Positions 54,478 through 63,942 of a stretch of 64,000 bases of DNA are shown piece by piece. Both the position numbers and the translations under genes were made by a program. Each line of letters starts with the position of its first letter. Position 1 is the stretch's first letter. The stretch comes from a virus. The notes under the pieces are model-generated. The model was not told the DNA's origin, did no database searches, and saw only the letters and a list, made by a program, of their open reading frames with translations. The stretch lies in IMG/VR virus record IMGVR_UViG_3300042923_001092, positions 39,092 through 103,091 of that record; one strand, written 5' to 3'.

Positions 54478-54747
54478 ATGAAATATTTCAAAGTAAGGAA
54501 AAAAGATAAATCTGAGGTTCCTACGTATTATAAATTTGAAGATAAACTTGAAGTTACTAAAGAAGATTTAGAAGATATATGGGGAAAAGATTATGAAGTA
54601 AGAGAAATAGATGAAGATGTTTATAATGCTGGGCAGTTAATTGTTGAGCAAGGTCTTCAAAACTATGTAGATCTTGCAAATGATCTTGCAAAAGGTACTG
54701 CAAAACAAGTAACTATTGGTATAGACTTGGGGGTGCTTAATGATTAA
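54478..54747 (+). CDS. Hypothetical protein
   Basis: ATG 54478 after GGGAGG. Confidence 0.55.
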   Translation: MKYFKVRKKDKSEVPTYYKFEDKLEVTKEDLEDIWGKDYEVREIDEDVYNAGQLIVEQGLQNYVDLANDLAKGTAKQVTIGIDLGVLND

Positions 54748-54897
54748 TCATTTAGTTGAAAGATGGGATTTAGTAGGTAATTGGTATATTATACCTCAGA
54801 TATTATTAGAAGGATTCTTACTAGGGATGACTTTCTACTGTATGTACATACTGACTGCAAAATTAATAAAGAAAATTAAAGAAAAGAGGAGTAAATA

Positions 54898-55422
54898 ATG
54901 CTAAAGTACTATTTGTTTGAAGTCGATGAGTATGAAGGAGTAGATTTTGTATCCGAACCACATGCATCTTATAAAGGTAAAAGAATTGATATTGATGCAG
55001 TTCCGGAAAGATCAATTACACTAGAGGAGTGGAAAGATGTAAGGGCTAATACTTGGGGTTTTGAAAAATTATATTCAAAACTATCAGATTCTGCATTCTT
55101 TGATGTTCTTGATAATCATTTAAAAAACTCATCTGGAAAAGCCTGTGGAACTTATGATTATTCAATTGAAAACAATTTGATACCAGAAATGAGGCATAGA
55201 ATGGAATTATATTCTATGAAGAAAGCTTTTGATAAAACATGCAGAAGGATTGTAGGGGTAATAATGATGCAAGTTCCTATTATAATCTTAACAAGAGCTA
55301 TATTAGAAATGCATCAAAGCCTACTAAGATCAGTTATAGAAATTGGTTCTGCAGTATTAATATATTTCTTGTTAGACTTAAGACAATATTTGAAAGGTAG
55401 ATTTAGAAAATGGAAGAAATAA
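54898..55422 (+). CDS. Hypothetical protein with C-terminal membrane segments
   Basis: RBS GAGGAG; two hydrophobic helices. Confidence 0.6.
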   Translation: MLKYYLFEVDEYEGVDFVSEPHASYKGKRIDIDAVPERSITLEEWKDVRANTWGFEKLYSKLSDSAFFDVLDNHLKNSSGKACGTYDYSIENNLIPEMRHRMELYSMKKAFDKTCRRIVGVIMMQVPIIILTRAILEMHQSLLRSVIEIGSAVLIYFLLDLRQYLKGRFRKWKK

Positions 55423-55754
55423 AAATACCAGAAATTTTGTATCATGCAACCTGGGAAGAAAATGTTATGTCTATATTCTTAGAAGGTTTGAAGCCAGGAT
55501 TTGATGGTTTAAATTATCTATGCGATAAGCAAGAAGATGCTGCTAAATTTTTAGTATTAAAAATACAGCCTGGAAAACAGCTTGTAGTTCTTAAAATATA
55601 TACTAAAAATTTAGATAAAGAATTATTTGACTATGGGTTTGATCATAATCCTAATTTCTTTGGAAATCTAAATGTATTAACTTATAAAGGTATTATAAGT
55701 AAAGATCATATAAGTTCACTTTATACAAAATATGAATTTGGAGGTAAGAAATGA
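55410..55754 (+). CDS. Small ADP-ribosyltransferase-fold (Tpt1/KptA-like) protein
   Basis: LYHAT....SI..EGLKP...YL....DA..F...LVVLKI pattern. Confidence 0.5.
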   Translation: MEEIKIPEILYHATWEENVMSIFLEGLKPGFDGLNYLCDKQEDAAKFLVLKIQPGKQLVVLKIYTKNLDKELFDYGFDHNPNFFGNLNVLTYKGIISKDHISSLYTKYEFGGKK

Positions 55755-56410
55755 TAAATAATTTTAGAGGAAATTATGGCTTTTTAAGTAATTTTTACAA
55801 AGGAAAAGTAATGTTTGAAGGTTTAGAATATGATTGCAGAGAAAATGCATTTCAAGCTTCTAAAACTACAGATGAAGAAAAAAGAAAGTCATTACAACAT
55901 GTTAATCCAGTTGTAGCAAAGCGGTTTGGTAGAGTAGTTAAGCTCAGACAAAATTGGGAAAGAATAAAGTATAGAAATATGTATCTTATAGTATTTGACT
56001 GTTTTAAAAGGAATGATAACTTAAGACAATTACTTATTGATACCGGTGATGAAGAGCTGGTTGAAGAAAATACTTGGGGAGATACTTATTGGGGAGTTTG
56101 TAATGGCAAAGGTGAAAACAAACTTGGTGAAATACTAATGAGAGTTAGAGATTATCATAATGGATTGATTGACTTTAAGTTCATTGATGATGAACTTAAC
56201 TATGTCAATAGTTGCTGGCCGTCAGAACCATTATTACATAGGGTAAAAGATGATAGAAAATATTTATCAAGGTCTGAATCTTTTACCCTAATTGATAGAA
56301 AATGTAAATCAAGAGTTATTGCATTTGAAGAAATAGATGCCTGGTTTCATGATGAGAATTATATTGATTGTGGGCATGATTGTGATATATGTTTGACTCC
56401 AATTTGCTAA
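55751..56410 (+). CDS. NADAR (YbiA)-family hydrolase with C-terminal Cys extension
   Basis: FLSNFY, ENAFQASK, AKRFGR, LLIDTGDEELVE.NTWGDTYWG, GENKLGEILMRVR. Confidence 0.92.
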   Translation: MINNFRGNYGFLSNFYKGKVMFEGLEYDCRENAFQASKTTDEEKRKSLQHVNPVVAKRFGRVVKLRQNWERIKYRNMYLIVFDCFKRNDNLRQLLIDTGDEELVEENTWGDTYWGVCNGKGENKLGEILMRVRDYHNGLIDFKFIDDELNYVNSCWPSEPLLHRVKDDRKYLSRSESFTLIDRKCKSRVIAFEEIDAWFHDENYIDCGHDCDICLTPIC

Positions 56411-56423
56411 ACAGAACCTCTAA

Positions 56424-56490
56424 ATATAAATTATACCATTCTAATAATATTTGATTTTACAATTTGAGAATAGAATGGTATAATTTATAT
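56424..56490. repeat. Perfect 20-bp inverted repeat covering the promoter -10
   Basis: ATATAAATTATACCATTCTA (56424-56443) / TAGAATGGTATAATTTATAT (56471-56490). Confidence 0.9.
56456..56484 (+). promoter_or_regulatory. sigmaA-type promoter
   Basis: TTTACA-N17-TATAAT. Confidence 0.8.
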
Positions 56491-56513
56491 ATAATAATTA
56501 AGGAGGTTGTAAA

Positions 56514-56750
56514 ATGAGCATTGATGATATTTTAGAAAATTTCTTTGAAGAAGAGGTTGAGATTAAAAAAAGCTTATCACAAGAAGAAGTAAAAAAAGCT
56601 TATAATAAAAGTACTAATATAAAGTTTTATAAAGGAGAACGTAAAGATTTAACTTATATAGGTTTAATTTTTGAGACTTATCAAGATATAAATATTTACG
56701 TTGATCAAGAAAATAACTACTGGGCTGATTATTTTAGTATAGGAGATTAA
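56514..56750 (+). CDS. Hypothetical early protein
   Basis: RBS AAGGAGG. Confidence 0.6.
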   Translation: MSIDDILENFFEEEVEIKKSLSQEEVKKAYNKSTNIKFYKGERKDLTYIGLIFETYQDINIYVDQENNYWADYFSIGD

Positions 56751-56761
56751 GGAGGTACTGT

Positions 56762-57121
56762 ATGACTAATAAAGAAATTTATGCTGAAAGATTAGCAGAT
56801 GGTATGAGAAGTGCAGGCCAAGAAAATTGGTCAAAAAATGATATTCAAGATTTATGTGAATTAGCTGGTATGTGGGATGAATGGTTAAAAGCAGAAACAA
56901 CTGAGCAGGAACAAGAACTTGCTATAAAAGCTGCTAAAAAGCTAAATGTTAAGATTAGGCATTATGTTTTAATATGCAATAAATGTAAGAAAGAATTATC
57001 AAATAATGACAAAGTATTTTCTGCAGTTGGAGTTCATTTGTGCGAAAAATGTAATTCTGAATCTAATAGCAGAGTAAGTTTAGATATGATTTTAAGCAAA
57101 ATAGAGAAAGGAACAATCTAA
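56762..57121 (+). CDS. Hypothetical protein with zinc ribbon
   Basis: CNKC...CEKC. Confidence 0.6.
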   Translation: MTNKEIYAERLADGMRSAGQENWSKNDIQDLCELAGMWDEWLKAETTEQEQELAIKAAKKLNVKIRHYVLICNKCKKELSNNDKVFSAVGVHLCEKCNSESNSRVSLDMILSKIEKGTI

Positions 57122-57247
57122 TGAAAATAAAACCAATGTTTGCATGGTATGATTTTTGGATCGGTTTATTCTATGATAAAAATAAAAAAATTCTTTATGT
57201 ATTCCCAATACCAATGTTTGGCATAAAGATAGAGTTTAGGAGATAAT

Positions 57248-57589
57248 ATGCTAAGTATAAATTTACCATGTCTTGGATATAGAGCTGACTTTGGACCAGA
57301 TGGTTATGAATATGATTGTGAGTATGGAACTGGTATTCCATGTGAAGATTGTGTTTGTTGTCTTGATGCTTGTGGCTATACAGATCCAAGAAATGATAAA
57401 GAAATAAATTTTCTATTCAAAATTATTCAAAGAAGAAGATCTAAAAAATATTGGAAAATCAAAAAGGAAGGAGTATATGATGATATTTTCGGAGATAATA
57501 AAAACTTCAGTAAAATCACAAGAAAGTATTTACAACCTAGTAAGCAAGGTAGAAGAAGAATGCAACTCTTTAAAAGAACAAGGAAATAG
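57248..57589 (+). CDS. Cys-rich hypothetical protein
   Basis: RBS AGGAG; CEDCVCCLDAC. Confidence 0.55.
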   Translation: MLSINLPCLGYRADFGPDGYEYDCEYGTGIPCEDCVCCLDACGYTDPRNDKEINFLFKIIQRRRSKKYWKIKKEGVYDDIFGDNKNFSKITRKYLQPSKQGRRRMQLFKRTRK

Positions 57590-58055
57590 GATAATATCTA
57601 TAAGTATTCAAGGAAGCAGGGCAATAATATTTGCAGAAAAAGAAGAGGAACTATATCATCCGGCAACTAGGTTCGATTTATTTAAAGAAAATATGTCTAA
57701 GCTTCTTGATAAATGGAGAAAGGAGAAGAAAATCAATTTTGAAGTAGAAAATTATGTCGAAATGCTTGACATATTAAGAAATGTAATTGAAGTTGAGAAG
57801 CTTGTATACATACAAACTGAACGCTGGCAAGATAGATGCAGCTCTTGTTTCTCATTTGAATTAAAATCTTGCAGATGTAAGAATATAGCAAGTAAGTATT
57901 ATATGATGTTTATAGATGAGCCATATAATACTAATTGTGATGGTTATTCATTTGTTTGTTCCCGGCATGATAAGATCTGTAAATATGCTGTTTATCAAAG
58001 TGGTCAATATACATGTGGAGCTAAAGCTGGTAATACAAAACCTTGTGGAAGATAA
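57477..58055 (+). CDS. Hypothetical protein with Cys-rich C-terminus
   Basis: RBS AAGGAAGG; CSSC...C...C. Confidence 0.55.
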   Translation: MMIFSEIIKTSVKSQESIYNLVSKVEEECNSLKEQGNRIISISIQGSRAIIFAEKEEELYHPATRFDLFKENMSKLLDKWRKEKKINFEVENYVEMLDILRNVIEVEKLVYIQTERWQDRCSSCFSFELKSCRCKNIASKYYMMFIDEPYNTNCDGYSFVCSRHDKICKYAVYQSGQYTCGAKAGNTKPCGR

Positions 58056-58137
58056 TAAGCCTGCCAGATAATTTAGAATTTATCAAAGTAGGTATTATAT
58101 CAAATATAAAATAAAAGAAATTTTCTAGGAGGTTTTA

Positions 58138-58581
58138 ATGGAAAAAGAATTTGAATGTCCAGTTTGTAAGACTAAAATTACTAAAATTTATTACAACGAC
58201 TTAGGCCATTTAGCAGAGGAGTTTTATTCATGTCATCATTGTGGATACGGATATCAGTATGCATATGGTAGTACTTTAGAATATGTAAATGGTAAAGAAT
58301 TTAATTATGATTATAAAACAGATATAGATGAAAAAGTATTTAAAAACATAGCAGAGGAGATAAAATTATTGAAAACTTTAATAGAAAATCAAGATGAAGA
58401 TTTAATTGCAGCTAGCAAATATTGGTCTGAAAAGTTAGAATATGTCAAATCAATTGCTTCAGAAAATAATCTGAATGTAGAAATAACAAATGAGTTTCTG
58501 TTTGATTTATATGATAATGGAGACAAAGAAGTTACAAAAGATGAAATTTTAAAAGAACTTAAACAAAATAGAAAGGAGTAA
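58138..58581 (+). CDS. Zinc-ribbon hypothetical protein
   Basis: CPVC...CHHC. Confidence 0.65.
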   Translation: MEKEFECPVCKTKITKIYYNDLGHLAEEFYSCHHCGYGYQYAYGSTLEYVNGKEFNYDYKTDIDEKVFKNIAEEIKLLKTLIENQDEDLIAASKYWSEKLEYVKSIASENNLNVEITNEFLFDLYDNGDKEVTKDEILKELKQNRKE

Positions 58582-58741
58582 TATAATGGATTATATGTAT
58601 GCCTTGGCAAGTAGCAAAGCACAAGAATTTGAAGAACATACAAACAAAGAAGATTTAGAAGATATTAAAAAAGTGGCTAATAAATTTGACGACAATCAAA
58701 GACGATTAAAACAAATAAGCTCAAATCTTAATCAAAAGCGT

Positions 58742-58770
58742 TTTACAAAATGACTCTATTGTATTATAAT
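58742..58770 (+). promoter_or_regulatory. sigmaA-type promoter
   Basis: TTTACA-N17-TATAAT. Confidence 0.8.
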
Positions 58771-58796
58771 TATATTATAAAATAAAGGAGGTTAAA

Positions 58797-59015
58797 ATGT
58801 ACGATCATTATGAAATTAATGTATCACTTCATGGAAGACATTTCTTTGCTACAGCATCAAGATCTATAACAGATACTGCAAAATTAACTGATGTTCTTAG
58901 TGTATTTGATATTGCTTTTCCAAAAGAATCTGGTTATGAAGTATCAATACATAAAATAGAAACAAGGGGAATACCAGTAAATATTGAAAACTTAAGAAAG
59001 GTAAAAGGTGAGTAA
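58797..59015 (+). CDS. Hypothetical early protein
   Basis: RBS AAGGAGG. Confidence 0.65.
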   Translation: MYDHYEINVSLHGRHFFATASRSITDTAKLTDVLSVFDIAFPKESGYEVSIHKIETRGIPVNIENLRKVKGE

Positions 59016-59017
59016 TT

Positions 59018-59305
59018 ATGAAATCTACAGGAATTGTAAGAAGAGTAGACGATTTAGGAAGAATCGTTATTCCTAAAGAATTAAGAAGATTAATGCTTGT
59101 TAAAGAAGGGGATCCTTTAGAAATTTTTACTGATAATGGTATAATATGTATGAGGAAATTCGATCCAATTCCATTATCACCGGACGATATTGATTTCATA
59201 ATGAATGTAGTTTCATATGAAGATGCCGACGTTGATTCAAGAGAAAGAATTTTAAGCTTCCTCAAAAGCTTAAAGGAAAGCTTGATTATTTCAAACCAAT
59301 ATTGA
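59018..59305 (+). CDS. AbrB/SpoVT-family transcription regulator
   Basis: MKSTGIVRRVDDLGRIVIPKELRR...KEGDPLEIF. Confidence 0.93.
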   Translation: MKSTGIVRRVDDLGRIVIPKELRRLMLVKEGDPLEIFTDNGIICMRKFDPIPLSPDDIDFIMNVVSYEDADVDSRERILSFLKSLKESLIISNQY

Positions 59306-59314
59306 TAATTTAAA

Positions 59315-59341
59315 CCAAGGCTAGAATTTTTCTAGCCTTGG
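59315..59341. terminator. Stem-loop after the AbrB-like gene
   Basis: CCAAGGCTAGAA-TTT-TTCTAGCCTTGG; no clear U-tract. Confidence 0.5.
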
Positions 59342-59623
59342 AACAGCTGCATATAAAAGCTTTTACATATTAATTTACATTCAAATATAAAAGCTTGTTA
59401 GAAAAAGTTCTAGATATTAAGGAGGTATTATATGACAAGAAAAGAAATTGAAAAATTCGCATTAGGGCATCCATTTCCAACAGACTATGTAGAGATTCTT
59501 CTTAAGAAATATAACTATGATAAAGGCATAGTTAGAAAGATTTTATGTGGTCCTTCTGAAGATGTTATAAAAGAAGTACAGTCTATAATTAAAGATAAGT
59601 AGTTTAAATATGGGGGATGAGTA

Positions 59624-59827
59624 ATGAAAGAATTCGAAAAGTTTGTTTTAGATAATATTGAGATCATAATGCCTGTAGTTTTGTTTTTAATTGCATTTCA
59701 GCTTGGTCAAGTAGTAGATATTATATCAGGAGATGAGATAGCTGGATCGATGGTGAGAATTGCTGTAGGGCTTGGTTCGGTTATCGCTTGGGACAAATAT
59801 TATAAGAAAAGGAAGGGAAAGAAATGA
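59624..59827 (+). CDS. Small membrane protein
   Basis: Two hydrophobic segments. Confidence 0.55.
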   Translation: MKEFEKFVLDNIEIIMPVVLFLIAFQLGQVVDIISGDEIAGSMVRIAVGLGSVIAWDKYYKKRKGKK

Positions 59828-60261
59828 TATTAAGAATATTTTATATAATTAAAGATCTTATAGAAGAAATAGGAAATTTAGATAGGAAGATTTATGTATT
59901 AGAAAATTCTCCTAAAGATTTTTATATAAGTATTAGAAGTGATGCAACGCCACCCATAAGCGGTTATGAAATTTCTATATTGTTAAAATGCTATAAAGAT
60001 ATAAAAGAAAGAAAAACAAAAGAACTATACGAAAGATGGCCATCTTATACGGAATACAAGTTTGCAGATGTAGAAGAAATAGTAAATTCTATAAATGATT
60101 TAGAAGAAAAAATAAATACAATAAAAACATCTGACTATATCAGGTTATTTTGTGATTTTGGTACTGGTAAATTTTTATTCGATAATAAGTATTTAGATTT
60201 ATTAAAAGATGCATTTGAAGCTGAGCAGGCAGAATTAATAAAGAAGCTTAGTTCATATTAA
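59824..60261 (+). CDS. Hypothetical protein
   Basis: Coupled ORF. Confidence 0.55.
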   Translation: MILRIFYIIKDLIEEIGNLDRKIYVLENSPKDFYISIRSDATPPISGYEISILLKCYKDIKERKTKELYERWPSYTEYKFADVEEIVNSINDLEEKINTIKTSDYIRLFCDFGTGKFLFDNKYLDLLKDAFEAEQAELIKKLSSY

Positions 60262-60288
60262 AAGAAAATGTTCTAGGGAGGTTATGGT

Positions 60289-60477
60289 GTGTTTAGAAAA
60301 GATTATGAGGCTGCAAAAGTAATAATGGATAGAGTTGAACTTCTTGAAAGAAGTATAGATAATTGGGAAAATGCAGTCAAATATAGTAATCCGAAATTAG
60401 AAAAACTTAAGATGAAAGAAATTGAAAAATGGAAAAAACAAGTTATGATGCTTATTGAAGAGCTTGATGAAATCTAA
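60289..60477 (+). CDS. Hypothetical protein
   Basis: RBS GGGAGG. Confidence 0.55.
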   Translation: MFRKDYEAAKVIMDRVELLERSIDNWENAVKYSNPKLEKLKMKEIEKWKKQVMMLIEELDEI

Positions 60478-60489
60478 GGAGGTTAAGAT

Positions 60490-60879
60490 ATGATAGTAAA
60501 TTTTTTACCATCACGCAATAAGTCTGAAAATGAAAAAGATTTAAATCGACAGATTAAAAAAGACATGGAAAGGTATATCAAGGATAGAGTTGACTATCAG
60601 AAAAATCATCTTGATACTACTGTAAAAGATTCTACAAGTCATCATTATGAAGAGTGGACTAAAGAAAATCAATCTAAAATAGAATATGCTCAAAGAATTT
60701 TAGATTGCATTACTCTGTATATGGATTCACTGCCAGATGAATGTGGTAATTGTGGAAGAAATTTAGAGGAATGCCAGTACTGTATAAGGATAGACAATTA
60801 TGCAAACAATGGTAATCCGGAATATGAGGATTTATATTTCAGAGACAATGACTATGAAAGGGATGATTATGAAGATTAA
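60490..60879 (+). CDS. Hypothetical protein with CGNC..CQYC
   Basis: RBS AAGGAGG. Confidence 0.6.
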   Translation: MIVNFLPSRNKSENEKDLNRQIKKDMERYIKDRVDYQKNHLDTTVKDSTSHHYEEWTKENQSKIEYAQRILDCITLYMDSLPDECGNCGRNLEECQYCIRIDNYANNGNPEYEDLYFRDNDYERDDYED

Positions 60880-61114
60880 GACAGGGAAAGCATTTCTATT
60901 AGATGGCGACAGATTCCTTTTAGGTACAATCAAAAGAAAAGGATTTAAGAAAGTATTTATGCCGGACCTAAGGTATAAATGTGGATTTGATTATCAATAT
61001 CTTTATAGAGGAGATGTAGGTAGAATTATATTCTATGATGATGCGTTAGTGATAAATCTATCTAATGCTATTTTTGAACATCCAGACTGGTTCCAAGCAA
61101 GGAGGAATAAATAA
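60869..61114 (+). CDS. Hypothetical protein
   Basis: ATG 60869 after AAGGGA. Confidence 0.5.
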   Translation: MKIKTGKAFLLDGDRFLLGTIKRKGFKKVFMPDLRYKCGFDYQYLYRGDVGRIIFYDDALVINLSNAIFEHPDWFQARRNK

Positions 61115-61455
61115 TGTTATCAAATGAAGAAAGAGCTTATTTAATTCATTTAGCAGATTCTGGTAATAAAGCTAATGATGTTATTAGAAAAGAAAATGAT
61201 ATCAAACAAATGATTGACTTCTTAGAAGGTGCTCTAAAAATAGAACCTCCAGTTTTAGAAGTTACAATAAAATATAAAGGGAGATGTATTGGGTTATCAA
61301 ATCTGGTAGATATTCCTTTTGCACATGAAAAGATAAATGAAATAATTTCAAATGAATTAAAGGAATACAAAAGAGAAGATGGTGAACTTAAAATACCTAA
61401 GTCAATTGATCAAGATAGATTAAGGCAATATATTAACTCAATCACGGATAAATAA
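61114..61455 (+). CDS. Hypothetical protein
   Basis: RBS AAGGAGG. Confidence 0.6.
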   Translation: MLSNEERAYLIHLADSGNKANDVIRKENDIKQMIDFLEGALKIEPPVLEVTIKYKGRCIGLSNLVDIPFAHEKINEIISNELKEYKREDGELKIPKSIDQDRLRQYINSITDK

Positions 61456-61467
61456 AGGAGTAAATAA

Positions 61468-61662
61468 ATGGAATACCAAGAATTAAGATCTTTAAAAGCT
61501 AAGAAAGGAAATGCAGAATTAAAGAAAAGATTCTTAAAACAATGGTCTATAGCACATGGAGCATTACAACTTTGCATTATTCATGACCCTTATAACGTAA
61601 GAGAAGAATTAGAAAAAGAAATGCTTGATTTAGAATTAAAACTAAAACAAATTTGTCATTAA
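61468..61662 (+). CDS. Hypothetical protein
   Basis: RBS AAGGAG. Confidence 0.55.
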   Translation: MEYQELRSLKAKKGNAELKKRFLKQWSIAHGALQLCIIHDPYNVREELEKEMLDLELKLKQICH

Positions 61663-61916
61663 AGGAGAAAGGTTATATGACATTTGAAGATGCTAAGATG
61701 CAAGCCCAAAAGATTATCTATGTATATTGTACTAGAAAAGAACTAGAAATATACTGTAAAAGAAAAGGAATCTTAAAGTCATATGACCTTTCTAAAATAG
61801 ATATAAAAGTATTACAGAAATATGCAATAAATAGATTCGCTAAGGAAATTCAAATCTATTTTAGAAAGATACAAGAAACTATAACTGTCAATCCACCGAT
61901 AGAATGGAAGGAATAA
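61653..61916 (+). CDS. Hypothetical protein
   Basis: RBS AAGGAG. Confidence 0.5.
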   Translation: MSLKEKGYMTFEDAKMQAQKIIYVYCTRKELEIYCKRKGILKSYDLSKIDIKVLQKYAINRFAKEIQIYFRKIQETITVNPPIEWKE

Positions 61917-62335
61917 ATATGGAAGAATGTGAAGTATATTACAAACTGAATTGCTCTTGCAAAGATGGACATTGCAAAGAATATAAAGGCTACTGTGTGT
62001 TTGCAATACCAAAAGAAAAATGTAAGGAATGTAAAGAGAATCTAAATAAATGTGTCAATTGTACAAAAGAAGATAAGATACAAGATATACAAATTAACAA
62101 AGATATAGAAAACCTACAAGATGAATTTGCAGATATCCTATACAATCTTGAATCATCCGGTAAGATGAAAATGGAAGCATTAGATGAGATATTTTCTAAA
62201 TCTATGGAAATAATCTCTAAATCCTATTGGCTAGGAAGAGAAGATAGACCTAAGATTCGAACTAAAGAATTAAATCTAAAACTGCAGAATAACTTCCAAT
62301 CTGCCATCGTTAATTACCTCAATAAAGGAAGATAA
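61904..62335 (+). CDS. Cys-rich hypothetical protein
   Basis: Multiple Cys in the N-terminal half. Confidence 0.55.
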   Translation: MEGINMEECEVYYKLNCSCKDGHCKEYKGYCVFAIPKEKCKECKENLNKCVNCTKEDKIQDIQINKDIENLQDEFADILYNLESSGKMKMEALDEIFSKSMEIISKSYWLGREDRPKIRTKELNLKLQNNFQSAIVNYLNKGR

Positions 62336-62639
62336 ATAAATTCTACATTCTACAAATAAAGCTCCAACGCCCCCTTCCCCTCAAAAAAATAAAATAAAAA
62401 GTAGCCCTTCAATATTAATGAATATATAGCAGATATAAAGGGCTACAATCTATATAATTAATAAATCTAATTCTATAAAACATCTAGACATATCAAAGCT
62501 AACCATTCTATTCCTCTACAATCTACATAATCAATAACCATAAGCTATAGTAATGATCCTCATGGTAACTAGATATAAGAATCAAATTGCATGAGAAAAT
62601 GAGTATAGAGAACTGCTAGACTAGGTGCGAAGCCTGCGC

Positions 62640-63120
62640 GCAGAGTAGAGCGCTTTCGCAAGTGTACTACTCATATCCCCGGAGCTCTAGACTTCTAGAG
62701 CACTTGCGCGAGAGCACTGCGAGTCGCGTTATAGAGAGCTCGGCAATTAGAGCACTTGCGATTAGTCAGGAGTTCCCGTTGCCAGGGCCCTTATAGATCA
62801 GCTCTAAAGCTAATTGCTCTAAATAGATCTAAGCGCACTGCTCAAGTCTTTCTTTAAAAATAAGAACAGAGCTCTAGAATTAGAATTGAGCTCAAGATTA
62901 CAGAGCAGCGCTCACGCGTCGCATTAGTGCACTACTCGCAATTTAGAGCTCAGTCATTCTACAGTCTAAGATTCAGTATGAGCTCTAAAAATATTGACAG
63001 AGCTCTGGACGGTTATAAGAGTGCTATTCTAAACTATGTGCTCTATAGAATTGATTAGAGCTCTGGTGGGCTTATTCAATAGCGTTCTATTGTTCTAAAA
63101 ATAAGTATGCGCTCTAGCGA
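62640..63120. repeat. GC-rich non-coding island with dense GNGCNC palindromic motifs
   Basis: GAGCTC at 62682, 62736, 62869, 62888, 62946, 62980, 63000, 63058, plus 10 variants; TAGAGCACTTGCG direct repeat at 62696 and 62748. Confidence 0.85.
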
Positions 63121-63181
63121 GCAACACCCACCCTGGCCCTATATATGGAAAATCAAAATTTCGACTCTAAAAATAAAGTAT

Positions 63182-63210
63182 TTTACTTTAGAGGAATAGA
63201 ATGGTATAAT
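63182..63210 (+). promoter_or_regulatory. sigmaA-type promoter
   Basis: TTTACT-N17-TATAAT with TG. Confidence 0.75.
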
Positions 63211-63246
63211 ATATTCATAAGGATAAACCAAGGAGGTAGATATATA

Positions 63247-63429
63247 ATGAAAGAATATGTTATATTTTATCGTAGTAGATATTTTCCTTTAGAAGGAATT
63301 AAAAAGAAGAAAGTTAAGGGATATAAATCTAAGCAAGATATAAGAAATAATTGGCATGATATCATCGGTACAGATGAATATACAATTAAAAAAATAGAGG
63401 AGGTAGATAAATATGGAAACACCATGTGA
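63247..63429 (+). CDS. Hypothetical early protein (start ATG 63247)
   Basis: RBS AAGGAGG. Confidence 0.6.
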   Translation: MKEYVIFYRSRYFPLEGIKKKKVKGYKSKQDIRNNWHDIIGTDEYTIKKIEEVDKYGNTM

Positions 63430-63679
63430 TTATGGAGATTGCCCATTCAATGCCCAAGGTGGATATGATTGTAGAAACTATTGTGGATTAGGTGTAGATG
63501 AAAATGACTATCCAGAGGAGGAAGAAATAATGTCTAGATGTGATAATTGTGGTGGAGAAGATTGTGCTTGTTGTGAAGTATTTATAGAGGAGCAAGAAGA
63601 TATTAGAAGAGGAACTTTTTATGAAGATGGAGATATAGATCCATTCAATTACTTTAACGATAGAGATGATAGATATTAA
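63413..63679 (+). CDS. Acidic Cys-rich small protein
   Basis: C..GDCP...CRNYC; CDNC..CACC. Confidence 0.6.
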   Translation: METPCDYGDCPFNAQGGYDCRNYCGLGVDENDYPEEEEIMSRCDNCGGEDCACCEVFIEEQEDIRRGTFYEDGDIDPFNYFNDRDDRY

Positions 63680-63693
63680 GGAGGAAGAAGATT

Positions 63694-63942
63694 ATGAATA
63701 AATTATTGAAGGTAAACGGTAGAGGTAAAAACGAAATGCTTCTTGAAGGTGAATCTATGGCAATGCTTAAGATCTGGGCCATGCAAAACACTAAAGGTAA
63801 AGCAAAATGCTACATAGCAGATAGTTCTAATAAAGTAGTTATGATTATAAGTGGTGTCCCTGGCAGCTTACCGACTATAGATAAGAATCCTCCAGAATTG
63901 TATCTAGAAAATGAAGACGAACAAGAAAAGGAGAATATATAA
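63694..63942 (+). CDS. Hypothetical protein
   Basis: RBS AAGGAGG. Confidence 0.6.
   Translation: MNKLLKVNGRGKNEMLLEGESMAMLKIWAMQNTKGKAKCYIADSSNKVVMIISGVPGSLPTIDKNPPELYLENEDEQEKENI

Noticed and set aside
62640-63120. CRISPR or regular tandem array in the GAGCTC island
   Set aside because: Motifs are 6-13 bp with irregular spacing, not constant repeats with unique spacers.
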